From positions 7,172-71,171 of the IMG/VR virus record IMGVR_UViG_3300037076_000416: a stretch of 64,000 nt of DNA. One strand, 5' to 3'. The first letter of the stretch is position 1. Every line of letters starts with the position of its first letter. The DNA comes from a virus. Both the position numbers and the translations under genes were made by a program. Positions 29,739 through 39,118 of the stretch are shown here, in pieces. The notes under the pieces are model-generated. The model was not told the DNA's origin. It did no database searches and saw nothing but the letters and a program-made list of their open reading frames with translations.

Positions 29739-32239
29739 AGATCGCGCTCAAGGACTTCCAGGCCACGGCGGTCGCCGAACTGCTGAGCCGCCTCGAGACC
29801 GCAAAGGTTGGCTACCGCGGCGGCGCGGGTCAACGGCAGGCGGTCGGACTCACGGCCACCACAGGTGCCGGCAAGACGATCATCGCTACGGCCGTGATGG
29901 AGACGATCCTTTTCGGCTCGGTCGAGGACGGGATCACACCCGATCCTCGGGCCGTGTTCCTGTGGATGACAGACAAGCCCGAACTCAACGCCCAGACGCA
30001 GACGAAGATGCTCGACGCGTCATCCGACCTTCGCTTCGACCTGCTCCCCGAGATCGACAGCACCTTCAACTCCGAGTCGCTGGCGCCCGGCAGGGTGTAC
30101 TTCCTCAACACGCAGAAGCTCGGGGCGAAGACCGACCTCGTGAAACGCGGGCCCCTCGTCAGGCGGAACTTCACCTTCTGGGACATCGTCCGCAAGACCA
30201 TCGAGGACCCGACCCGGACGCTGTACCTGGTGGTAGATGAGGCCCACCGGGGCATGGTCGAAGCCCGCAAAGTCGCGGAAGCCAACTCGATCATCCAGCG
30301 CTTCATCAAGGGCTACCCGGACGAGGGAATGCCGCCGTGTCCGATCGTTCTCGGCATCAGCGCGACCCCAGCCAGGTTTCTCGCCGTCGTCCAAGGCGCA
30401 GGGCGCACGACCAGCCAGTGGGACGTGCCGCCAGATGACGTAAAGGCCTCGGGATTGATCAAAGAGAAGACGCTCGGTGAGTGGGCCGGCGAACGCCAAC
30501 ACGACGCGATGGCGCTCTTCCCCGATGCCGTTCGGGCGTGGAAGGATGCGCACGATGACTGGGCGGCCTACCACGCGGCCTACGGCGCAGCCGGCGGGGA
30601 GACGCTCGTCGTCCCGGCGCTGATCATCCAGGTCGAGAACGAGGTCGGCGATCGTGTTACCGCGACCGACCTTGACGCCTTGATCCGGGCCGTCACCGAT
30701 ATCGCCGGGCCAATGCCCGACATCGCCTTCGCCCACGCCTTTGGCACCAACGTCCCCGAGCCCGTCGGTGGGCGGGTCATCCGCTATATCGAGGCGTCGA
30801 AGATCGCCTCGGACACGGACGCCCGCGTGGTGTTCTTCAAGACCAGCCTCGATGTGGGCTGGGACTGCCCACGCGCCGAGGTCATGTTCAGTTTCCGACG
30901 CGCGGTCGATCCGACCTCGATCGCCCAGACGATCGGGCGGATGGTTCGCACCCCGCTGGCCCGCCGTATCGAGGAGAACGAGGACCTCAACAACGCCTAC
31001 GTGTTCCTGCCCTTCTACGAGGAGGCGGGTGTCAAGGCGATCATCAAGCACCTCAACGACAGCGGGAACGAGGCGATCGCCGGCACGATCGCCCCACGAC
31101 GCGAGACGATCAGCCTGCCGCTGCGGGCCGACCTCGAGCGGGCCATGGGCGCGATCCAGGCGGTGCCCTCCTACCTCGTCCCGACCCCCCGCTCGCGCCC
31201 CGAGATCCGGACCCTAGCCGACATAGGCAACTTCCTGTCCGGCACCGGCATCGACCCGGGCGCCTTCAAGCGGGAGATGGCCGGCTGTGCCGCGCTGCTC
31301 GTTGCCCGGCGCGACGCCCTCGCGGGCGATGCCGACTTCCAGAAGGAAGTCGGCGACCAGGGAGAGATCGTCGTGCGGCACGCCGAACTCGCCTTCGGCG
31401 CCGACGGCGGCATCGCCGAGGGCGCACGGACGGTCCCCGCCACCGAGGAGAGCATCGGGCGGATGTTCGTCGCTGCCGCCCGGAAACTCACCAATGAAGC
31501 GGCGAGCACCTACGTCCGGCTCCGGCTCGCCGCGGATCCGACGAGCATTGGCGTCGCTCGCCTCGAAGCCTATTCGCTGGTCAACCGCGACGGAGTCATG
31601 GACGCACTGAACGCCCATGCCTCGGCACGGATCGACGTTCTGCGCGCCGAGCACGGGGCCGCGATCTCGCACCTCTCGGCCGCGCGCCAAGCGCGCTATC
31701 GCGCGATCCTGAGACAGGTCCCGGCGCCGTCACTCGTGCCGCTCAACCTGCCCGAGGTCGCGGTCTTCCGCAAAGGTGACGCTCCCCTGGCCAATCACGT
31801 CTATGCCGCTGATGGCGCTGCGGCCATCTACCTCAACGGCTGGGAGACTGACACGGTTGTCCCGGAGACCACCAAGCCAACGACGATCGGATGGCTGCGG
31901 AATGGCGAGCGCGAGGGCTGGTTCTGCGTGCCCTGGCGCGATGGCAACATCTGGCGCGGATTCTTCCCCGACTTCCTACTCGTGCGCGAGGACGGCAATC
32001 GGGTGCTGGTGGACATTCTCGACCCCCACGACCACACGAAGCCCGATGCAGTCGGCAAGGCGAAGGGCTTGTCCTCCTACGCCGCCACCCACGCCGAGCA
32101 ACTCGGGCACGTCGACCTGGTCGCCAGGATCGGCACCCGCTATCGCCGGCTCCACCTCGATGAGCTGGCCATCCGCAACAAAGTCGATGCGCTCTCGAGC
32201 ACGGCCGAGCTGCTCAACCTCTACCAGCATGAGGGATGA
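29735..32239 (+). CDS. res: Type III Res-like helicase/endonuclease
   Basis: ATTGAGKT, VDEAHRG, SATP, GWDCPRAEV, QTIGRMVRTPLARR, C-terminal FFPDF...ILDPH; GTGA overlap with mod. Confidence 0.87.
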   Translation: MKIALKDFQATAVAELLSRLETAKVGYRGGAGQRQAVGLTATTGAGKTIIATAVMETILFGSVEDGITPDPRAVFLWMTDKPELNAQTQTKMLDASSDLRFDLLPEIDSTFNSESLAPGRVYFLNTQKLGAKTDLVKRGPLVRRNFTFWDIVRKTIEDPTRTLYLVVDEAHRGMVEARKVAEANSIIQRFIKGYPDEGMPPCPIVLGISATPARFLAVVQGAGRTTSQWDVPPDDVKASGLIKEKTLGEWAGERQHDAMALFPDAVRAWKDAHDDWAAYHAAYGAAGGETLVVPALIIQVENEVGDRVTATDLDALIRAVTDIAGPMPDIAFAHAFGTNVPEPVGGRVIRYIEASKIASDTDARVVFFKTSLDVGWDCPRAEVMFSFRRAVDPTSIAQTIGRMVRTPLARRIEENEDLNNAYVFLPFYEEAGVKAIIKHLNDSGNEAIAGTIAPRRETISLPLRADLERAMGAIQAVPSYLVPTPRSRPEIRTLADIGNFLSGTGIDPGAFKREMAGCAALLVARRDALAGDADFQKEVGDQGEIVVRHAELAFGADGGIAEGARTVPATEESIGRMFVAAARKLTNEAASTYVRLRLAADPTSIGVARLEAYSLVNRDGVMDALNAHASARIDVLRAEHGAAISHLSAARQARYRAILRQVPAPSLVPLNLPEVAVFRKGDAPLANHVYAADGAAAIYLNGWETDTVVPETTKPTTIGWLRNGEREGWFCVPWRDGNIWRGFFPDFLLVREDGNRVLVDILDPHDHTKPDAVGKAKGLSSYAATHAEQLGHVDLVARIGTRYRRLHLDELAIRNKVDALSSTAELLNLYQHEG

Positions 32240-32459
32240 CTCGGCCACGCCCGGGCGTGAACCTCCAACACAATGGGAGCGTCGGGATGCTCGGGACGGT
32301 CTCCTTCGCGCGACGGAATGATCCGACGCCAGTTCCGGCCATCTCGTCCCGATCGGGGCGTAGCTATTTGGCGTCGGGCGACCGACCATCATCTGTCCCG
32401 AGCGCCGACAGGGTGCAGAGCTCCTAGGCCCGTCGCAGTCCTCCCACAACGAGGATAAC

Positions 32460-32488
32460 TTGACATAATCCTTCGAGAAGCGCACGAT
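32460..32488 (+). promoter_or_regulatory. Putative sigma70 promoter
   Basis: TTGACA-17 nt-CACGAT, just upstream of the ATG at 32507. Confidence 0.5.
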
Positions 32489-32506
32489 AACTGGCGTCGA
32501 CTGTCT

Positions 32507-33178
32507 ATGAACCCAGCGGGAGCCAGCGTGCAATACTCCGACGAAACGGCGCTCATCCGGGCGTTCGACACAGCCTCCCCGGCGGGTCTAACTTTGGCGA
32601 TCGCCACCCTCGTTCGACGGGCGTATCCCGCTGCACGGGAAGAGTGCGAGCGCATTGCAGCCCCGCTGGAGGATCACAACCTCAGGGGCTATGTGAAGCG
32701 CGCCATCATCGAAGGCGCGCTCTTGCCCTTGCCCGTGCGCTTCCCTAGCGTTGTGGTTCGACCGGCCTCCAATCTCTTCGGTTCGTGGCATCACCGGGAG
32801 TTGCACCTCGGCGATGACTGGGTGATGACCTTCTCGCATACCGAGCACGTTCGCGACCCCCTTCCCCAGGCAAACTTTCGTGACAACCTCGCGGCACGGC
32901 AGGCGGGCTTGTTTGAGGAGTTTGACGAAGAACAGCCGTCGCCCGGGCGCTTGTACGCCGTTGTGGTGCATGGCTCTCCCCGCCCCACCGATCTCGCTCC
33001 AAGCTTCATCAACATCGTGTTCCCGAGGCTGGGCGGCGCGCACGGGGTCGGGATCAACCTGTATGACCGTCACCCTGGCCTTCGGCCGAAGCTGCGTCCC
33101 GGCTACGCGATCGGCCAGCCTCTGCCCGAGCTGCTCGAAGTCGACATTCCTAAGGAAGGCACGGAAGGCAACGCGTGA
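32507..33178 (+). CDS. Hypothetical protein, candidate toxin partner of the XRE-ImmA/IrrE protein
   Basis: 223 aa, GTGA overlap with the downstream peptidase; no recognised domain. Confidence 0.65.
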   Translation: MNPAGASVQYSDETALIRAFDTASPAGLTLAIATLVRRAYPAAREECERIAAPLEDHNLRGYVKRAIIEGALLPLPVRFPSVVVRPASNLFGSWHHRELHLGDDWVMTFSHTEHVRDPLPQANFRDNLAARQAGLFEEFDEEQPSPGRLYAVVVHGSPRPTDLAPSFINIVFPRLGGAHGVGINLYDRHPGLRPKLRPGYAIGQPLPELLEVDIPKEGTEGNA

Positions 33179-34362
33179 AGCCCGGCACACCGGGTTTCGT
33201 TGGGGCGCGACTCCGCGAAGCGCGTGAAGCCCGGCAAATGTCAATTATCACCCTCGCGGAAGTGGTCGGACTCTCCCGCCAAGTGATCTCGAGCTACGAG
33301 CATGGGGAGAGCACGCCCCAACCTGAAAGCTTGTACCGCCTAGCGGGGGTGCTTGACCTACCCGTGTCCTTCTTCTCTCTGCCCGCGCGGGAAGAGGACG
33401 AGTCGCCGACCTTCTACCGATCGCTTCAGGGCGCCTCAAAGGGATCGCGCCTCGCAGCCGATCGTCGACTCGCCTGGGTTGGGGACATCGCCACGGAGCT
33501 GGCTGCGTACGTCAGCTTTCCGGAAATCGCGTTTCCGCTCTTGGTTCGTCGGGGTTCTGTGCCGCTCGACATCCCCACCGTCGAACAAACCGCGACCACA
33601 CTTCGCCAGGAGTGGAAGTTGGGCGATGGTCCCATCCACAACGTGGTAGCCCTGATCGAAGGCAAGGGTGGACTGGTAGCTCGTGCCGAAGCTGAATCCG
33701 AGGCCATCGACGCCTTCTCTAAGTGGCTGCCGACGATCGGGCGACCCTGCATCTTCCTTGGGATTGAGAAGGGCAGCCGCGCGCGGTCACGTTTTGATGC
33801 AGCGCATGAGATCGGCCACATGGTGATGCACCGCAGCATCAGCCGAAGTCAGGTTTCGGTGCCCGCCGAGCTGAGCGTGCTGGAGTCGGAGGCGCACAGT
33901 TTCGCGTCTGCCTTCCTACTGCCCGCCGAGTCCTTTGCAGAGGATCTCTTCTTCCCGACTGTGGACGGAATGCTCGCCCTGAAGCCTAAATGGAAGGTTT
34001 CGGTCGCAGCCATGCTGAAGCGATCGACTGGCTTGGGAATCATCGATGACAACCACGCACGCCGCATGTGGATGTCCCTGTCTCGGCGCGGCTGGCGAAA
34101 GGGCGAACCGGGGGACGAAACCATCGCCCCCGAGAGTCCGATGGCGTTTCCGCGAGCCTTTGAGTTGGTAGTCCAAGCGGGCATTAAGTCGGCATCGGAG
34201 ATGGTCGAATCCATGCCATTGGGCGAGCGCGATGTCGTCAGGTACGCGTCCCTACCGACCACGTTCTTTCAGTTGGACTCACCGGTGCGACTCATCGACC
34301 GAGCCACGCCCCGCGAGGCCGTGGCAGGCGGTCAAATCGTGCCCTTCAGGCGACCGAATTAA
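33175..34362 (+). CDS. XRE HTH plus ImmA/IrrE zinc metallopeptidase
   Basis: GARLREAREAR...ISSYEHG; RSRFDAAHEIGH; ESEAHSFASAFLLP; KWKVSVAAM. Confidence 0.92.
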   Translation: MKPGTPGFVGARLREAREARQMSIITLAEVVGLSRQVISSYEHGESTPQPESLYRLAGVLDLPVSFFSLPAREEDESPTFYRSLQGASKGSRLAADRRLAWVGDIATELAAYVSFPEIAFPLLVRRGSVPLDIPTVEQTATTLRQEWKLGDGPIHNVVALIEGKGGLVARAEAESEAIDAFSKWLPTIGRPCIFLGIEKGSRARSRFDAAHEIGHMVMHRSISRSQVSVPAELSVLESEAHSFASAFLLPAESFAEDLFFPTVDGMLALKPKWKVSVAAMLKRSTGLGIIDDNHARRMWMSLSRRGWRKGEPGDETIAPESPMAFPRAFELVVQAGIKSASEMVESMPLGERDVVRYASLPTTFFQLDSPVRLIDRATPREAVAGGQIVPFRRPN

Positions 34363-34640
34363 CACGCCCCATTCGCCCTACGCCTTTCCCACACACCACT
34401 GCGCCGGCCGTAGACATCCGGCCCGACGTCGGCCCAGGCACCGGAGCGGCGGACCTGAACGCTGTCTGCCTTGACCCACGCTCCAGAGCGTTGGACGTAG
34501 GTCTCGGAGCCGACCTCGTAGACGACGTAGGCGCCCATCTGCCGGCCTGAGTGCAGGGTTGCTACGCCGTCCGTCAGGCTGTCACGACGCAGCGGACGCG
34601 CGGAGCGGGTGCCGCTAACCGTAGCGAGCGCCGAGCTGCG
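34359..34640 (-). pseudogene. Remnant of a minor tail/fibre gene
   Basis: Three RSG(A/V)W repeats (YVQRSGAW, VRRSGAW, GRRSGVW); no good start; abuts the convergent peptidase stop. Confidence 0.45.
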
Positions 34641-34660
34641 GCTTACGTCCTTTGGCCCGG

Positions 34661-35203
34661 CTAGCGCTGGAGCATGAACCGGATCGTGTCGGCCAGGACG
34701 TTGATCGCGGCTCGCTGGGCGGGAACGACGTCGGCGTAGTTCGCCAGGACGCGGATGAGGGCCTTCGTCGCGGCTGCGGTCTGGACGGCCGTCGGGGCGG
34801 CCAGCGGGAGGAACGTCGCGAGGGCTGCGATATCGGCGGCCGGCGGGTCGGGGATCGCTCGCGCCGCAGCCAGGAGCGCGAGGTTCGCGTCGAGCGCGAC
34901 TGGGTCGATCGGGGTCGTCTGTAGGATCCGCAGGACCCGGCCCGCTGCGGCCTGGAGTTCGGCTGCAGCGACCTGCGGGTCTGGACCAGGATCGGGCAGC
35001 GCCGCGATCTGCGCGGGTGTCACCGGGCCGGGGAGGACGTCGAGGCCTTTCCACGTCTCGCGGGCCACGAGGTAGCCCGCGGGCGGGAGGGTGTAGCGGC
35101 CGGCGTACGCGGGCGGGATGCCCGCGATGAGGACCCCGATGGCGAGCGAGGCGCCGAGGACTTCGGGGTTGCTCACCTTGTCCGGGTCGTAGACGAGGAA
35201 CAC
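34661..35203 (-). CDS. Phage hypothetical protein (tail region)
   Basis: AGGAGG RBS; in the late operon. Confidence 0.7.
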   Translation of the reverse strand: MFLVYDPDKVSNPEVLGASLAIGVLIAGIPPAYAGRYTLPPAGYLVARETWKGLDVLPGPVTPAQIAALPDPGPDPQVAAAELQAAAGRVLRILQTTPIDPVALDANLALLAAARAIPDPPAADIAALATFLPLAAPTAVQTAAATKALIRVLANYADVVPAQRAAINVLADTIRFMLQR

Positions 35204-35213
35204 GGCGAGCCTC

Positions 35214-36146
35214 CTACTGCTGAAAGTACATGACGACGCCCGCGCCGCCCGTGGAACCGGCCGTCCCGATCCCGGCCCCCGCGCCGCCGTTGCCCCCTGG
35301 GCAGGAGATCGTCCCGACGTTCGACAGGGAGTCGTAGGTCAATACGATGCAGCCGCCGCTCCCGCCCCCGCCGCCCCCGGAAGTCGGTGTCGATCCCGGT
35401 GCCCCATCGCCGCCTCGCGACTTCATGGCACCCGTCGCACTAATGACGATGCGGCGGGCGAACACCATGATCCAGCCGCCGCCATGACCACCGCCGCCCG
35501 CGTAGCCGCTTACGCACGATCCGCCGCCGCCGCCCATGCCAGCGGCCATCGGGGACATTCCGATGTTGCCAGTCATGTACGCCCCGAACCACAGGAGCGG
35601 ACCCCCCGCGTGCGGCCCGTAGTAGTCTCCGCTGCCGGTGATGACGGAGCAAGGCGTGGCGGTGTAGGCACCGGCGTCGCCGCCCCTACCGCCGATGCCG
35701 CCCATCGTGAATGCGGCACCTCCGCTCCCCGCCCCCGGCTGCCACGCGCCCGCCTGCCCGCCGCCGGTACTCAGTTTCCCGTAGCCCGCCCCGCTGGGCG
35801 GGCCGCCGCCCGTCTGCCCGGAGTTGACCAGCCACGGCGTGGCGATGGTGCCGTTCAGGGTTAGGGTGCCCTTGACGAAGATGCGCCAGCCGTTGACCCA
35901 CAGGGTCTGCCCGGCGTTCACGGTCAGGTTGTTGTAGTACGTGTCGCGGGTCATCGACGTGGTGCCGCTGATCGTCACGTCGCCGTCCGACCCGTCGCCG
36001 TAGGCCGACTTGGCGCCCCCCAGGAGCGCGCCGTTTGTGCCGTCGTGGACGTGCCCGGTCGTCGGGTCCAGCACGTCCGCCCGGAGGTTGTTGTACTGGG
36101 TCGCGGTCGCCTGCGCGCCGCTCGCGACCGCTCCGCTGTTCGCCAT
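35214..36146 (-). CDS. Glycine-rich tail fibre-like protein
   Basis: ATQYNNLRADV, YGDGSDGDVTIS, many GGGGG runs. Confidence 0.8.
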   Translation of the reverse strand: MANSGAVASGAQATATQYNNLRADVLDPTTGHVHDGTNGALLGGAKSAYGDGSDGDVTISGTTSMTRDTYYNNLTVNAGQTLWVNGWRIFVKGTLTLNGTIATPWLVNSGQTGGGPPSGAGYGKLSTGGGQAGAWQPGAGSGGAAFTMGGIGGRGGDAGAYTATPCSVITGSGDYYGPHAGGPLLWFGAYMTGNIGMSPMAAGMGGGGGSCVSGYAGGGGHGGGWIMVFARRIVISATGAMKSRGGDGAPGSTPTSGGGGGGSGGCIVLTYDSLSNVGTISCPGGNGGAGAGIGTAGSTGGAGVVMYFQQ

Positions 36147-36150
36147 CGCC

Positions 36151-37080
36151 CTAGCCTCCGTTGGTCGTGAGCGCCCACGTGACGCGCAGGGTCAGCCCCG
36201 CGGCCTTGTAGTAGGCGAAGGGCAGGATCGAGACGAGGACCGAGCCCGCATACAGCCCGGCGACGTAGAACTGATCGACGGCCTCGGCCATCGTCCAGAA
36301 CGCGGACGCCGTCACCACCCGTCCCGAGCGCGAGACGTTCGTGAGCGCCTTCCGCGTTGGCTCGTTCGGGACCAAGAGCGCCGCTGACGTCGTGTCGATC
36401 GGCTCGATCGTCCGCGCCGCGTCGAAGTTGAGGGTCGCGGTCCCCGAGGCGTTGGCCACGACCGAGATCCCGATCCCTGTCGCGTGCGCCCAGGACGGAG
36501 TGCCGGCCCCGACCGAGAATGACGCGATGGGGATGCGCGAGAGCTTCCACGTGGCGTCCTGGAGAGCGACCCCGTTGGCCGCCTCGATCGTGGCGAGTGA
36601 CGCCCGGAAGTAGGCCCCCGTCCCGCCGCCGGTGTAGATGCGGAGCTCCGAGCTCGCGAGATCGAACCGGCCGCGGAGGGCGGGCCGGAGCCAGATCTCG
36701 ATCGCTGTCGCGAGCGTGGCGTTGTAGTCGGCGAGGGCGGTCGCCTGGTAGTCGGTGTTCGTCGTCGAAGCGGTCGCCGCGACCTGCAGGGATGCCGCGC
36801 CCACACGGAAGGTCGCCGGGTCGACGATCGGCGAGCCCGTCCAGCCGGTCGCGCTCTCGGCGTCGGTGATGGTCGCGCCGCCCGCCCCGAGTCCGATGTG
36901 GGTCAGCGCCAGGCTGGCGGACTCACCGGCGAGGGCCTTGGCGTGCTCCGTCGCGCCGAGCAGGGTGTAGGCATTCGGGTAGACGAGCCGCTCGACGATG
37001 CGGCCCGCCCCGTCGCGTGCCTCGAGCGTGACCACGCCTCGGACGGGACCGGGGGCGTCGGCGAGTCGGATCAGGTCCAT
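36151..37080 (-). CDS. Tail collar/baseplate-like protein with inserted beta-sandwich domain
   Basis: LTHIGLGAG ... EA..AGLY..TLRVTWAL scaffold interrupted by ~160 aa. Confidence 0.6.
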   Translation of the reverse strand: MDLIRLADAPGPVRGVVTLEARDGAGRIVERLVYPNAYTLLGATEHAKALAGESASLALTHIGLGAGGATITDAESATGWTGSPIVDPATFRVGAASLQVAATASTTNTDYQATALADYNATLATAIEIWLRPALRGRFDLASSELRIYTGGGTGAYFRASLATIEAANGVALQDATWKLSRIPIASFSVGAGTPSWAHATGIGISVVANASGTATLNFDAARTIEPIDTTSAALLVPNEPTRKALTNVSRSGRVVTASAFWTMAEAVDQFYVAGLYAGSVLVSILPFAYYKAAGLTLRVTWALTTNGG

Positions 37081-38750
37081 TGGGTCCAGTCCCACATCAG
37101 CGGATGCCCGGCCGGACCCCAGGTCCAGGGTCCCGAATCGACCGCCGTCGCGAGCGCCCCGTCGGTCGGCGGCGGGACGACGTCCGGCAGCACCCGCTCG
37201 GTCGGCGGGAGCGCCGGAGCCGAGTACAGGCTGCAGGTGTATCCCGCGTCCGAGGCCCGCCACTCGTTGCGGATTACCTGCAGGTAGGTCGTGACGGGCG
37301 GGCTCGTCGAGTCGTCGACGAACGCGAAGGCGTTGAAGGGGTGGAGGAACGGCACGCCGTCGAGCGCCGGGATGTCGATCCGGGTCCGGACCCCGGAGCG
37401 GAAGAAGAGGATGTCCTGGGCCCGGATCGTCGCCACGTCGGCGTTGGGGAGGTAGGCGTTGCTGATCGACTGCGGGATGATCCCGAACAGGTCCTGCGCG
37501 TCCCGGTCGTCAGCCACGATCGACCAGGGCGACGCTTCCCGCGCCGGCTTCCCGTTGACCTTCATGGTCGTGACGAACGCCGGCGCTCCCGAGACGTTGT
37601 AGAGCACCAGGTCGGCCGTCGAGCCGTTCGGCGTCAGGACGTAGTAAACGTCGGGCGTGAACGCCGTCATCGCCGGCGGAGCTCCGGCGTGGACCGCGAG
37701 CGCCGTCCCGGTCCCGTCCGCCTTTGTGTTCGCGGCGATCGTTCCCATCGTCGTGAAGAGGAGCGGGAACTCGCGCTCCCACCGCGTGAGATCCTGGCCC
37801 TTGATCTGGAGCGTGACCGAGCCCGGATACCAGACGGCGCGCGGGACGCTGTTGTATTGGGTAACGGGTACGGACCCGTTCATGACCGTGTACGGAACCT
37901 GGTCGAAGGTCGTCCAGCCGTAGGCGGTTGGGAGCGCGACCGGCGTCTTCTGGTCATAGACGGTCTCGTCGACGAGGGCCGAGACCCGATCCTCGTAGGC
38001 GAGCAGCACCCGGGAGACCTGGCCCTGCTGCCGTCGCGCGTAGGAGAGGTCGTAGGCGACCAGGCTCCGCACGAACGACGCGACCGGCGTCGCGAGGAGC
38101 GCCCGGTGGCTCTCCCGGTTCAGGAAGCGCAGGACGCCATCGACGTCGACGTAGACGCGGCCTCCCTCCGCGATCGCGAGGTCGGCGAGCTCGGCCACCG
38201 GGCTAGCCGCGACCGCGACGGCCCACACCGCCGTCGTCTCGGCGACGTCGAGGACGAAGTGGACGCCCTCGGTCAACCCGGCCGCCACGAGGAGCCCACG
38301 AGCCACGTTGTCGAGTCGGACGGCGGAGCTGGGCCCGTAGTTGACCTGCAGGCGCGCGAGCGTCGCAAGCCGATCGAGGAGCCGCATCGAGACGCCTCGC
38401 GTTGACTCGGTCGGCGTCAGGGAGTCGATCCAGAAGGTGCCGATCTTGGCGAGGATCCCGTTGTAGCCCAGGCGGATGTAGGCCTTCTGGCCAGGGTGGG
38501 TCAGGTAGCTGTAGAGCGGTCCGGCCGCGTTGTCGGGGTCGTAGCGACGCGTGGCATTGTCGAGCTCGACGTTGACCTCCGCGGCGTTGAGCGCCCGCGT
38601 GTTCGGATCGACCGACTCGACGCCCGCGAGCGACAGGACGTAGGGCGTCTCGTTGACGAACGTCACCCCGTCCCATTGGACCCACAGCTCGTAGCCGAAC
38701 GTGTGGACCGGCGCGAGCGTGGCGGCGATCAGGGCCGGATCCACACTCAT
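37071..38750 (-). CDS. Minor tail protein (Tal/hub position)
   Basis: ELDNATRRYDPDN, EGGRVYVDVDGVLRFLNR; synteny. Confidence 0.75.
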   Translation of the reverse strand: MSVDPALIAATLAPVHTFGYELWVQWDGVTFVNETPYVLSLAGVESVDPNTRALNAAEVNVELDNATRRYDPDNAAGPLYSYLTHPGQKAYIRLGYNGILAKIGTFWIDSLTPTESTRGVSMRLLDRLATLARLQVNYGPSSAVRLDNVARGLLVAAGLTEGVHFVLDVAETTAVWAVAVAASPVAELADLAIAEGGRVYVDVDGVLRFLNRESHRALLATPVASFVRSLVAYDLSYARRQQGQVSRVLLAYEDRVSALVDETVYDQKTPVALPTAYGWTTFDQVPYTVMNGSVPVTQYNSVPRAVWYPGSVTLQIKGQDLTRWEREFPLLFTTMGTIAANTKADGTGTALAVHAGAPPAMTAFTPDVYYVLTPNGSTADLVLYNVSGAPAFVTTMKVNGKPAREASPWSIVADDRDAQDLFGIIPQSISNAYLPNADVATIRAQDILFFRSGVRTRIDIPALDGVPFLHPFNAFAFVDDSTSPPVTTYLQVIRNEWRASDAGYTCSLYSAPALPPTERVLPDVVPPPTDGALATAVDSGPWTWGPAGHPLMWDWTQWT

Positions 38751-39118
38751 CGCGGAGCGACCTCGGTCAACACCAGCGAGAACGAGCCCCGGTCTTCAAA
38801 CTGGCGCTCGAGGGCCCCGATGTCGAGCCCGACCGAGACGCCGTCGGCGCTCGGCCAGGCGTCCGTGAACGTGAAGGTGGGATAGGCACCGGCTTCGACC
38901 GCGCTGCGCCAGAGGCTGACGAGCGAGTCGTAGACGGCGAGGTCGATCCAGCCGAAGGTCAGGCGGTAGCGGTACGAGAGCGAGAGGACCATCGTCCGCA
39001 GGTTGCCGTCGAGGGTGCGTCGAGCGAGGACCCGCTGATCGAGCTCGCGGCTGTTCCCGGATGGCCCGGGGAGGCCCAGGTCGATGGTCGTGCCGGCGTA
39101 GGTGATCGTGGGCGTCAT
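38747..39118 (-). CDS. Distal tail-like protein
   Basis: RRTLDGNLR; immediately after the tape measure gene. Confidence 0.65.
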   Translation of the reverse strand: MTPTITYAGTTIDLGLPGPSGNSRELDQRVLARRTLDGNLRTMVLSLSYRYRLTFGWIDLAVYDSLVSLWRSAVEAGAYPTFTFTDAWPSADGVSVGLDIGALERQFEDRGSFSLVLTEVAPR

